From Amoebophrya sp. A120 (lineage: Eukaryota; Protista; Dinoflagellata): DNA of 64,000 nucleotides. The stretch spans positions 8,879,642 through 8,943,641 of the forward strand of contig CAJINV010000001.1 in NCBI GenBank assembly GCA_905178155.1, given 5' to 3'. Shown here piece after piece: positions 49,679 through 61,356 of the stretch (position 1 is the stretch's first letter; every line of letters starts with the position of its first letter). The notes beneath the pieces were generated by a model, which had not been told where the DNA came from, searched no databases, and saw only the letters and a program-made list of their open reading frames with translations. The position numbers were made by a program, and so were the translations under genes.

Positions 49679-52600
49679 ATGGTATACATCTACATGACGT
49701 CTGTCTGGAGGGCAGCCTTTCTCCTCGTACGGGTGGCAGCTGAGGCTGTTCCGGGGCCGGGAGTACCAGGTCATGCTGCGCCAGTCATCGAAGATGGAGA
49801 TGCTCGCGGCCCCACGACCTCCGCAGGAAGCGGACCCCTATTGCTGGGGCAAGAAGATTCGCCGACCACAGGAGCGGAGATTCAGCCCGAAGACGCCGAC
49901 CACATAGGAGCATTGATGCCAACATCAGTCACAATGAGCCGTGGTACCACCACGGCGTCGACGTCGCAACTGCTGCAAACCGCCTCCACCGAAGTGACAT
50001 TTGACGGCCAAGCTGTTGGTGAGTTGCGTGTCGATCCGCCTGTGGCAGACGAGAACAAGATGAATCTACCCGACGTTTATTCTGATCAACCCACGACAAC
50101 ATCGTCGTCGTCGTACCTACTCTTAGTGCCCCCGAACGTCACACGCCTGGAATTACAAGATGCGAGCACGGACTTTGACGGAGAGGACCTCGAAGACGGT
50201 GAAGATCTCGACCCTTTCATCTCGTTTTTGCAGTCCGATGAAAAGACGAAGACTACAAGCGAGCGGCGGTGGTTCTCCGAGGCGCTAGGGCAGCTGAAGG
50301 AGGAGGAAACCGACGATGACGACGACAACGATCCGCTATTCAACTTCGACAACGACGTGGAACTGGTAAATCATGCCAACCTGAACGAAGAGCACGAAAA
50401 GTTCAATGACCGCACAGACGAAACGGAAACGGAAAATGATCACGAAAGCTTGCTAGAAGTTGTCAAACGCCGAAAAAGAAAAATGCAGCATCGCGGCGGC
50501 GGGTCGTGGGTTGTTGATGACGAGTCAGCTCCGTTTGAACGGATATCAAAAAAAGGACAGACGGTAGAATTGCGGGACGTGCTGCAGAGGGCCACGAAAG
50601 GTCGCCAGGGAGCGTTCTGGAACAAGCTTCTTGACAGGGTGGAAGTCAAGGCGCAACTACCCAACGGGGCACCGCCAGCTCTCGGCGAAACAAAGGTCTC
50701 TGTCTCTCGACCGACGGGAACCGTGGACTATTGCCGGCCAAGACTTCTGCACGAGAAATTGGTATTCCGGGGAAAAGATGAAATTGCACCCGATCAGCGC
50801 GCGCCCTTTGGACTGGCGGCAACCGCAAGAGCACTGTCCAAAGGCTTCTCCAAGTTGAACCCCCTAGCGAACGGCCTGGTCTGTGACTCGAAACTTGCTG
50901 GGGTGTCGTGCGCAAACGCCGACCTGAAAATCACAAAAGAAGTCGACTTGCAGACGAAGAAATACATATCTAGTTGGAAGTACCACCACACCGACGCGAC
51001 GCTGGCGGAAGACCTCACCCGGCGGGATCTGCTGGGCAATCCGCAAGTCCAAAAAGTGAGCGCCTGCGACAACCCCCCGCTGATCACAAAGAATGAGAAC
51101 AACGGCGGTGCAGGTGCTGGGAACGAACGCTGTTGCACACAGGTAACCACTTACCGGGTGGGCCTCCTGACGCGGAATAGTAAGGCCGTCGACTGGACCT
51201 GGGTTCAGCACGTCGCCCCGGCGCTCTTTGACAACCAGCAGGTGGGCACGAACCGGGTCAGCATTGCGCACTTTTTCCAGCGCCTAGAAAAGCTGAACGA
51301 CATGACCTCCCCTGGAGGGAAGCAGAAGCACGCACTCGCGGTGGATCGACTCGTTGCCAACTTCGGAAGTCAATTTCATCGCTTCGGGAAGGCGTTTGTG
51401 AAGTGGATGAAAAATGTCGCAAAAGGAAGCGAGTTGAACGATCTCCGGTCTCTGTTTGTGGAACTCACCGACAATGAAGATGATCCGGACGAAACCGAGG
51501 ACTCTGCCTTCGTTTTTAGCGGCCAAGGGAGACGCGCTTCGTCCAACAGCGCCGACGATAAACTTTGGAACGAGTTCATAAGTGCGAAGAAAATGGACAA
51601 ACGTCATCAAGATGAACAAGGTGCTGACGACTTGCACTTCTCGGTACCAGCTGGACGCCCGCCGCTGCCTAGCGGTAGCGCTGCGGCTGGGGAGCCGCGC
51701 GAGGAGGAGGACAATGAACCGAAAAAACCCGGAACGCCAACAAAACCTTCTGTTAGCAGGGGTAAAAGGGACAAACCGCGAAGCAGCAGGGAAATCAGGC
51801 GGACCCGGAAGAAAAAACGCGAGAAAGAGCTTTCAGTCAGAAAGCCTTTCTCGCGCAAAAACCAACGAGAAAGAGCTTTCATTCAGAAAGTCTTCAGTCC
51901 ACTGTCGCTCCTTCAGAACATGCAAATCATGCGCCGCCAGGTGCACACATCTCCGCGTAGTACGCCGGGGCTCGAGAAGCTTACAAACGGACTTGGCGGC
52001 ATCCTGCATGAACAGTTCCAATATCATGCTGACCAAAATCACGCTTCCGACAATGAAGTTGCGGGGCGTTGCCGTCTTGCACACGAGTTTGTGAGCCCAT
52101 GCCCACACCAATTCGCAGAACGTATCGCCAAACGTGTTGGCTTGAAACCGACAACGGTCATCGCTTCCTGCCGTGCGCCGAAGTGCTGGTGGCAGAGCAG
52201 AGCGTCTCCAAACCACCACCTGGAGGCCGAGGTTTCGCTGGAGGACTGCAGCCGGCACAAGAATCACCTCGACTGTGAACAGACGGACTGCTGTGCCTGG
52301 AGTAAAACAGAGGCGAGTATGGCAACCGCGGAAAGCTTTGGCAACGTGCGTGACCGGACCGGACTCCTTTCCGCCGGACTCGCATCTCCTACCTCTTTGG
52401 TGCCTCGCGTGTGGCGCGACGTATGGAAGGTTCTAAACCAGAGCCCGCCGGCGCGAGAAAAAGGGGAAGGGGTCCTGCGGCAGTACTGGCGTGAGGAGCT
52501 GCGGGGCAGGCGCGAGGTGCGAAACTGCCTGGTGCGACGTGCGCACGAATCGACACAGCTTGTGACGCCGCTGACGTTCTTCAAGACGGAAAATGATGAC

Positions 52601-55600
52601 CCGGGGGCAGCAGCACCAAGAACCCAGTGGGAATTCTGGCACTCGGTGTATTTCCGTTTGGTGGCCTACAAGGGGCGAAAGTGCTTCGTCGTGGGGCGCG
52701 GAGGAGGCACGAACACGCTGCAGTTGAAGTGTCCCTCTGATTACACACTACAGGGCGAAACCCGTACCATCGGTGGCAAGCGCAAGCCAAAAACGCTGCA
52801 TGCGGAATGGGATGCGCAGATCTTTTTCGAGGCTTTGCCTACCGAGCTGGCTCCGTGGCGCCTCGCCTACACCCTGCGCAGCTGCGGCGAGGCTGCACAG
52901 GCCTGGTTAGACTTGGCCTGGCTGATACAGGAACTCCTGGTGCCGTCGCCGCAGAAGGCGGCCAGCTCCAACGTACGCAAGGAGACCTGGCTGGCCGCGG
53001 TAGCATTGGTCAATGCATTGGAAATATCCCAAGAAAAAAAGTGCTACAGTTACACATTTCATGCGGTCTAAATTCAGCTTTAGCAACACAAACTTTCTCT
53101 AAACGACGACAGAAAAAACTTGCAACGCACCTGCAGAAATCATTTATGGTGGAATAAAGCACGTACGAATGGACTACGAAATTAGGCTCCTGAGAAGCAT
53201 GTCCAGCGGCATGACGTCTTGCTTGTCCCGTAACCCAATTTGTCGCTGTAGTAGTGTTTTATTTTCATAGCGAACGGATGCCAGCGCCATGGTCTTTTAT
53301 ATGGATCAGTTGCGTGAAGCAGCGTCGCTGTTCCAGGGGTCGTTGATGTATTACGTTGCCGCCACCTTCTCCCACGTCGATCTTCCGCTTTATGGCCTCA
53401 ACACCGGTGCTGCGGGCCAGCAGAGCAGTTCCATGTTGGAAACGCAAGAACGGAATCGACACGGCCGCGCGTCTGGCGAAGACGCAGGGTCGTCGGCTAT
53501 ACAGAGCTCCGTGAATACAGGCAGCCACACGACGGCTGGAGGCGAGACGCCTTTCTTTGGCGTGGTTGATGGCGAAGGAAACCCCAGTGCCCTGGTGCTT
53601 TTCCTGGACTACCTTGCTCAACATTCGGACCCTGACGTCAGAGGAGAGAGGTCCTGGATCGAGATTCTTGATCAAATCAAAAAGCTCACCGACGACCGCG
53701 AAAGTTTTGAGCGAGTACGAAAATACCTGCGCGACAAACAAGGAAACACGCACGTGCGCAGCCCCGCAACGATCGCGGACGGGTTCTCGCCGTTCTTGTT
53801 GCGGTCCGGCCGGATGTATGCACTGTGTGGAGACCATATCCCACAAAAAAACGCAGTCACCGATGAAAATGCGACAGGCTCGCTTCTATCGTAAAGTGAG
53901 CAATTATATCCATCGCGTATTCTGCAGTCATGATATCCATCTGCAGTCGTCCCGCGAAAGCAACAATCAAACAAGAGAGATCCGTTTCATTTCTGTTTGT
54001 CTGAATAAAGGTAAAGCAGCGCGCTCGAATATATAGGGTGGAGAAGAGCTCGCAGTGTCCGTAGGTATGTTGAGAAAGCAAGAGCACTGTCTTCATTTTC
54101 TTTTTTGATACAGCGCGCCCGCGCTCAGTTCCAAACGCACCGGGAGCAGGACGATCAGAAGAGTCACAAGAAGCGAAGCGATGATGCAGCAGATGAAGAA
54201 GAGTCAACATCGACAAATCTACTAGCGAAAGCGGACACTTGGGCAAATACGGTTTTGGGCTACAAGCAAATACAACAGAGCCTGAAAAAGGTACTGTGGG
54301 GGGTGTGGACCCTTGTGGGTAAGGTTGTCTGGTCGGATTCTCGCGTGACACTAAGTCTGCTGATAAAAGCGCTCTTTTGTTCTTTCCGAGGCATGCTCGG
54401 GTGGGTTTCGCCCTTTCCGCTCTTCGGGTTGGTTCGTCAGGAGAGAAAGTACAGCAAAGGGTGGGGTATAGACGACTCCTGCGACATGATTCTGCAAGAG
54501 TGGTTATCAACTGCAAAAATGTCTGGGTCTGGAAGAGTCGGGTCTTGTCATGCGCATTTTGCATGACCCGTGAGATCTGTGATGCTGGTGCTAGCATCAC
54601 AGATTTTTTGAGAGCTCCTTGATGCTAAACACGCACGAGAAATGCCCTCTCCGGGTGCCAAGAACTGACTCCTCTTGCTGCTCATGCAAGACAGATATTT
54701 TTAGAATCCGCAGACAGCGATTACAAGTGTCATTCTTCCAGACCCAGACATATTTGCAATCCATAGTGGTGGGCCCGGCTCCACATGCTGTTCACCTCCG
54801 TCAACGCCGCTATCTTAGTTTATCAAATGCAAAAATGTCTGGGTCTGGAAGGTTGGAAGACTTGTCATGCAGGTCTTCCATGACACGTGAGGTCTGTCAT
54901 AGTACATGACCCAGCATGACAGATTCTGTCTCACCTCTATCAGGCCTCGTCTGCATGAGAAACTTCCTTTCAACTTGGTCAAAAGTGGACAGCTTTTGGC
55001 ATTCATGCAACACAGATTTTTGCACGATTCAGAATTAGCATTACAGGTCGCAACCTTCCAGACCCAGACACTTTTGCAATGCATATAGTTCCGGTACTTG
55101 CGATCTTGCCCATGCAAGCTTTGTTCAAAGGGATGCTAGTGGAGTTGCCTCATATGCTCAACAAGGCGTCCGGCGACACTCTGGGCCTCCTCGACCTGAA
55201 CCAAATTGGGGAAAAGGTCGGCACTGCCTTCGGCGACCCGGGGGTAGTAATTGTGGATTTCTGCAACATGGTCTTCCACGCGGCGACTCTTCCCGTTGGC
55301 GGCTTTTCGATAGCGGCCCCCGACATCGTGTGCAAATTCCTTCACAAAGTGTTTTCCCAGTTCCTCCTTATGGTCGCAATCCACTACGGCATGGTGCTCG
55401 CGGGCAGCACCGACAATGTGTTGCACGAGATCGAGGACGTGCTTGCCGTTTGCGCGCGCTACAAGGCAAAGGCTGATCAGCAAATGGCCCGGTCGCGGAC
55501 GCAACTTGAGTACAACCACGGAGCTTTCGCGGCGGCCTTTTTCGTCATGGAAGCGGCTGCGCACGTCTTTGGCTTCATCATGAATCACTTTTTGGTAGGC

Positions 55601-55993
55601 GCGATTCCCGACACGATCTTCGGCGCGATCTACCTGGGGCTAATGATCCCGAATCTCGCCTGCGTTCTGAACCCCTTTATCTTCTGGCGCGTGCAACAGA
55701 AAGTGAACGCTAAATTTTACGAGGACGAAGAAGGCGACTACCTGCAGAGCGTCACGCTCGGTTCTCGTAGTAGCAGGCTTGCCGAGGAGCTCCTCCAGGA
55801 CGCAAGTCTGGCGATGCACGCCCCCGGGCGGCTCAGGGGGTTGGAAACGCTCTTTTTCGCGAACCCCGACAAGGGCGAGACCTGTTTTCCCCGCACGCCA
55901 AGAAAAGGCCCGGGGGAAGACCTGGTCTGCTTTCAGCGCCGCAAGCTCCGCAACGTCGTTCATTCCGGACAAAACTCCCTCGTATGGACTTGA
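49679..55993 (+). CDS. Very large secreted/membrane protein of unknown function (multi-exon)
   Basis: 1130-aa first ORF with a signal-like N-terminus. GT-AG intron 53000-53270. The junction at ~53816-54113 is unresolved. Removing two introners gives DMILQEW|WARLHMLFTSVNAAILV|PVLAILPMQ. Hydrophobic helices in 55091-55700. Confidence 0.7.
54505..54765. mobile_element. Introner family A copy 2, 261 bp
   Basis: TIR tatcaactgcaaaaatgtctgggtctggaa / ttccagacccagacatatttgcaatccata. TSD gtggt at 54500-54504 and 54766-54770. Confidence 0.92.
54821..55085. mobile_element. Introner family A copy 3, 265 bp
   Basis: TIR tatcaaatgcaaaaatgtctgggtctggaa / ttccagacccagacacttttgcaatgcata. TSD tagtt at 54816-54820 and 55086-55090. 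Confidence 0.92.
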
Positions 55994-56209
55994 AAAAATC
56001 ATTGTTGTTGATGTCGATTTGTGTTGCATCGAAAAAACTTGATATTCCCAAATCTGATGTCGATGAAGAAAAAAATCTGTGAAGCTGGAATAGATACACT
56101 TTGATGTCAACTTTGCCTCGGCTCTGGCTCAACCTCAACAGCTTTAATTTCGTTATTGCTTAGCCGCGACACAAAGTACGACTGACCGACAGCCGATTTA
56201 TTTCTAGTC

Positions 56210-59074
56210 GGGAAACGCGAAGAAGAAAGAAATGCTCGAGCACTCGCGACGTTCGTGGAAAACCAACTGAGGCCCTATTACGAAAAGCACCGAGCTGGGA
56301 CGGGCACATCTTCCAGCACCAAGAGCAACGACAAGAAGTACAAGACCTCCCTGTGGTCGCTTTTCCTGCAAAAGCAAAGTGAAAAAACCTCATCTTCCCG
56401 GGGGGATCAGCTCACGAAGACCGAAGAGCTACTGCATGAAGGGTCGGGGAACGAATTCAATGTGTACCGCGCCGCCTTGCGCACCCTGCCTGCCGACGTG
56501 TTCGAGGATGCTCAGAAAGCCACACTGCACGGATTCGAAAGGATTGTTATCAACGCGGTCGCAGAGGCAGCGGAAAACCATGTCCGTCCGCGCGCAGAGT
56601 CCATGATAAGCAGCTGCATCCATATGACGAGAGATCTTGTGCACAACTGCTCCCAACCCTCCGCCTCATTTGTAATTTTTGTGTTGATGCACATTCTTCG
56701 ACAGAAGAAGAAGTACCAAATTCACTGAATTGCTATTGCATTTTTTTGCAGTTGTTGCTTGGTGTGTTGCAGCTGTGGATGACCTTCACTTTCGAATGAG
56801 GCCGATTTTTATAGGGGAACAGTTTTGCCCTCTCGTAGTCAAGGAGCTTACAGCGCAAGGGTGCCTGGTATCCGGAGCGTCTGACCTTGGGGTGACCGGA
56901 TTTTCCGGAGATTGCGAAGAGGTGGATAAACACAGCAAGAAAATTGTCGCGAAGATGCTGAGACAAGGTAGAAGGCAAGAACAACATGGAACAACTACGC
57001 CCGAAGATGTTGCCCTTGTTCCCGAGCACTTGGAAGCCCTTGTCCGCGAATTGCGCCAGAACTTGCTCCCGCTAGAGGGCCTGAAGGTCACGAAGACAGG
57101 TATAGTCGGCGGCTCTTCTGAACGGATCACTCACGTGACGGAGGACCTGCTCGTTGAGGCGGGGACTCTGCCTGTGCAGATTGGTTTTGCTTTGTATTGG
57201 GGACGCGAAAAGCTGTTCCACGACCCGGAGCGCTATCCTGGTGGCTACTCCGCGGGTGACCTCGTCGAGTTTTCGCCGAGCGAGGGAGTTACCAGGTACT
57301 GCGTGTTTGTTGGGCTAGCCGACATCCCCTTCCAGGCTACCTCCTCCAGGGGCGGTAGGAATAGTAAAGAGGACAGTACGAAAAGCAGCCCGCACATTCT
57401 CCCAATTAACTTGGAGTGTCCTCTGGCCGGACGTACCAACCTCGAGTCCGACGACCCCCGCTTACTTCATTGGAACCATGTCGGATACTACCCTAACGTC
57501 CAGAAAATCGTAAACAACCGGCAGAAAAATAAACCCGCAGAAGATCTTCACGCCGCGCCACCCAAGAAACAAGGCCATACAACTGCTCCTGCTCAAAAAG
57601 AACAGGAAGAGGAAGCTCACGGCCACGGTCATGGATACCCGGACTATGGAAATTGGTTGTCCTTTCAGAACTTCATATCCTACATGCTCATGGACGATGG
57701 CGTGGAGACGATCACCACCGACATTGGCGATATTCGCCCCTTCGGCTTCCGTATCCCAAACAAAAGTCAGCTACTCGTAGACAAAAATATTGAATAGCCA
57801 CGAGAGCAGCGGCCAATAAGCCTGATCGTAGTCGTAGAGTTGTAAATGATTCATGCTAGGCCAACGCCCACTTGCGCCCTTGCGTTGCGAGGCCGAATGT
57901 GTTGTAGCTCGAATCTTCAGCAAGCAGCACGTCGTGTCCACTTGACCGAGACTTTTGCGCAACGGGATACTCTACGCCATGAAGGCGTTGCACAGACAAG
58001 AACCCGATATCTACTACGGCCAGGGAACCTTCCAGGTCGGCCACCATACTGTCCGTGTCCCCCGATCAAAAAGATTTTCTGACTGCGTCTTCAACTTTGA
58101 GTTGTTTGAACAGCTTTTGCAGTTTTCGGCACGAGTGGCACAGAAGCACTTCACGACCCGCGAATACCGACTGCGAATAGAGGGAAAAGAAGCTACCGGG
58201 CACGCCCAACGTGCGCAGCACCATGCCTCTTTGTGCATTGCAAACATGTCACCCTACACGGCAATAAATGGTAATGGCTAGTGCGCGTGAGATGTATGTA
58301 AATATCATCTGCCATTTGTACTTGGGCCTGCATTGCGATGTTGCTTGAAAGAATTGCGATGGTGGACAAGCCGGCAAAAACGCGCGGTGGATTATTCTTT
58401 AGGCACCGCGGAAGCTCCTGCGGTGTTCTGTTTATTGCTGAGTGTGCATGCTCGTAGCTGCCGCACGCATATCAGCATGAAGCGGCTGCGCATAAACCAT
58501 CCGAAAAATAGATTCATATGCATATGCCTTGATATCCCGATCTTTCGGCCACATTGCGCGCGTTCCATCTCCAATTTGGACGGACATGTTTGCGTTTTTC
58601 TATCGGCATACGAACCAGCCACACGAACCGGGTCGATGGACGTTGCGCGCATGAAGTTAGAAAAAGAATACCAGAGGGAGCTGCTCGAAGATATCGTAGA
58701 AAAAAACGCTAGCGCCTGCACACAATTTTTGTAAAGCCGTACTTTCCGAGATACATAGATGTCGCAACTGATCAGAGCTGGGAGTGGGATGTTGACAGAT
58801 GCATGACTGGTCACAAAATGCCGTGTCGTCCATTAAATTTGCATAATTCGCAACGAAGATACGTTGACGTGCGCAGGTTTTTTTCTACGTGATGCAAAAG
58901 CTGCGAGCAATAAAAGAAACGTCCCTCCTTGAAGCGAGCACGGAGTGCCAGAGAGACCGGCACAGAAACTGGATTTCTGGCTTGAATCCTTTTGGAAGCG
59001 ACGAGCTTGGGTCGCTCTGGTACGCTCTGGAAGATTTCTCATACGCCAATCGTGAGCACGATGTAGAGCATTGA
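56210..59074 (+). CDS. Further coding exons, probably the 3' continuation of the 49679 gene
   Basis: ORFs 56255, 56730, 57955, ~58619-58695 and 58877-59074 have coding-like composition. GT-AG intron 58696-58876 is in frame; other junctions are non-canonical or uncertain. Confidence 0.5.
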
Positions 59075-59277
59075 AAATAATCCATCTTAGCCTTTTATTT
59101 TTCTTCGAGCAAAAAAGTACGCAAAAAATGCGATAGCGATAGCGTGTCTTACTTTCCTCTTTACAACATAACACGAAACTCACTCACATTTTTCTCAGCA
59201 TGCGCAATGCGAATATTTCGAAACTGGGGCGTAAGCGATTGTGATGTGTGTTTTTTTTTTAATTGGATTTTCAGTGC

Positions 59278-61356
59278 GGATTAATGAGGATTATTATGCC
59301 ACCCCAACTCGACATAGTGTTGAGAAAATCAAACTACAAGCATATCATAGGCAAGACACAGTGTGCAGTCATGGTGGTGCGTCTGCTTATTCACACGCAG
59401 CATGATAATTAGCTCGGTTTTTTTGAAGAAGCCGCGGCATGTGTGCTTGGTTGTTGTTTTCCATGAAGTAGTTATCTCATCACAAGACCTCGAAGCTTCT
59501 GCAAAGCCAACAAATTTTTAATGGTGAAGGAGTCGCATGTTGTTGCTGTTGGACAAAAGCAAACGCCAGCAGCTGATGTTTCCTGAGTCCCTATAGTAGC
59601 TAGGACAGGACACCAGCTTCTCTTTCCATATGCTCCACCATGATGATTACTTACATGGCAGGGGCTGGAAATGCGTCATCATGAACATGGGGTCGGTATC
59701 GCCATTCGATTTTTTTTTTTTTGGTTTTTTTTCTCGTGGCGGAAAGTTTCTGGCTCGCCTCGGCAGCTTATACAGTGCCGAAGAAGGTTTCTCTAAGTTG
59801 GTTTTTTTTTGGTAAATCAGAACTAAGCGATGAATATAGAACAACGACAACGACAACGAGCGACAAGCTAGCAGTCAACAGAGAACGCGGCAAAGGAAAA
59901 TGTTCAAGATGAGTCTGGAAGCCGCAAGCCCCGCGGCTGCAAATACTTGCAGCAGCACTGCCACTGGCAGCGCCGAGATGTCTGGAGGGCGCGCGCCGGC
60001 GGAGCACCCCCGCAGACGAGAGTTCAGGATGGTTTGCACGCTGGGCTCCGGGGGATTCGGCACCGTGAAGCTAGTGCACGCAAGGGACAACGAAGCACAG
60101 TGCTTTGCCATGAAGGTCATCGAGAAGAGCCATTTGCTTGAGGCGAAGCTACTGGATCCCAAGATCAAGCAGCGACAGCAAACGGAGCGGGATGTTCTCG
60201 TGGCCTGTGCAGATCAGCGACACCCAAGCATCGTGCAGCTCCTCGAAGCATTTCAGACCAACAGAAAGCTGTACTACGTTTATGAATATTGCGACGGCGG
60301 CGAGTTGTGGGACCTGNGGATTAATGAGGATTATTATGCCACCCCAACTCGACATAGTGTTGAGAAAATCAAACTACAAGCATATCATAGGCAAGACACA
60401 GTGTGCAGTCATGGTGGTGCGTCTGCTTATTCACACGCAGCATGATAATTAGCTCGGTTTTTTTGAAGAAGCCGCGGCATGTGCGCTTGGTTGTTGTTTT
60501 CCATGAAGTAGTTATCTCATCACAAGACCTCGAAGCTTCTGCAAAGCCAACAAATTTTTAATGGCGAAGGAGTCGCATGTTGTTGCTGTTGGACAAAAGC
60601 AAACGCCAGCAGCTGATGTTTCCTGAGTCCCTATAGTAGCTAGGACAGGACACCAGCTTCTCTTTCCATATGCTCCACCATGATGATTACTTACATGGCA
60701 GGGGCTGGAAATGCGTCATCATGAACATGGGGTCGGTATCGCCATTCGATTTTTTTTTTTTTGGTTTTTTTTCTCGTGGCGGAAAGTTTCTGGCTCGCCT
60801 CGGCAGCTTATACAGTGCCGAAGAAGGTTTCTCTAAGTTGGTTTTTTTTTGGTAAATCAGAACTAAGCGATGAATATAGAACAACGACAACGACAACGAG
60901 CGACAAGCTAGCAGTCAACAGAGAACGCGGCAAAGGAAAATGTTCAAGATGAGTCTGGAAGCCGCAAGCCCCGCGGCTGCAAATACTTGCAGCAGCACTG
61001 CCACTGGCAGCGCCGAGATGTCTGGAGGGCGCGCGCCGGCGGAGCACCCCCGCAGACGAGAGTTCAGGATGGTTTGCACGCTGGGCTCCGGGGGATTCGG
61101 CACCGTGAAGCTAGTGCACGCAAGGGACAACGAAGCACAGTGCTTTGCCATGAAGGTCATCGAGAAGAGCCATTTGCTTGAGGCGAAGCTACTGGATCCC
61201 AAGATCAAGCAGCGACAGCAAACGGAGCGGGATGTTCTCGTGGCCTGTGCAGATCAGCGACACCCAAGCATCGTGCAGCTCCTCGAAGCATTTCAGACCA
61301 ACAGAAAGCTGTACTACGTTTATGAATATTGCGACGGCGGCGAGTTGTGGGACCTG
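59278..61356 (+). repeat. 1.04-kb tandem duplication split by a single N (probable assembly overlap)
   Basis: 59278-60316 is repeated at 60318-61356, with N at 60317 and only ~2 substitutions seen. It creates the truncated kinase ORF 59900. Confidence 0.85.

Noticed and set aside
53816-54113. TAT..ATA segment 53817-54035 with near-TSD ggatg/gggtg
   Set aside because: No TIR pairing, it can be read as a plain GT-AG intron, and the downstream phase could not be resolved.
59278-60445. Apparent tandem kinase duplication / truncated kinase ORF 59900
   Set aside because: The copy ends exactly at a lone N and differs by ~2 bases, which is typical of an unmerged contig overlap. Not treated as biology without long reads.
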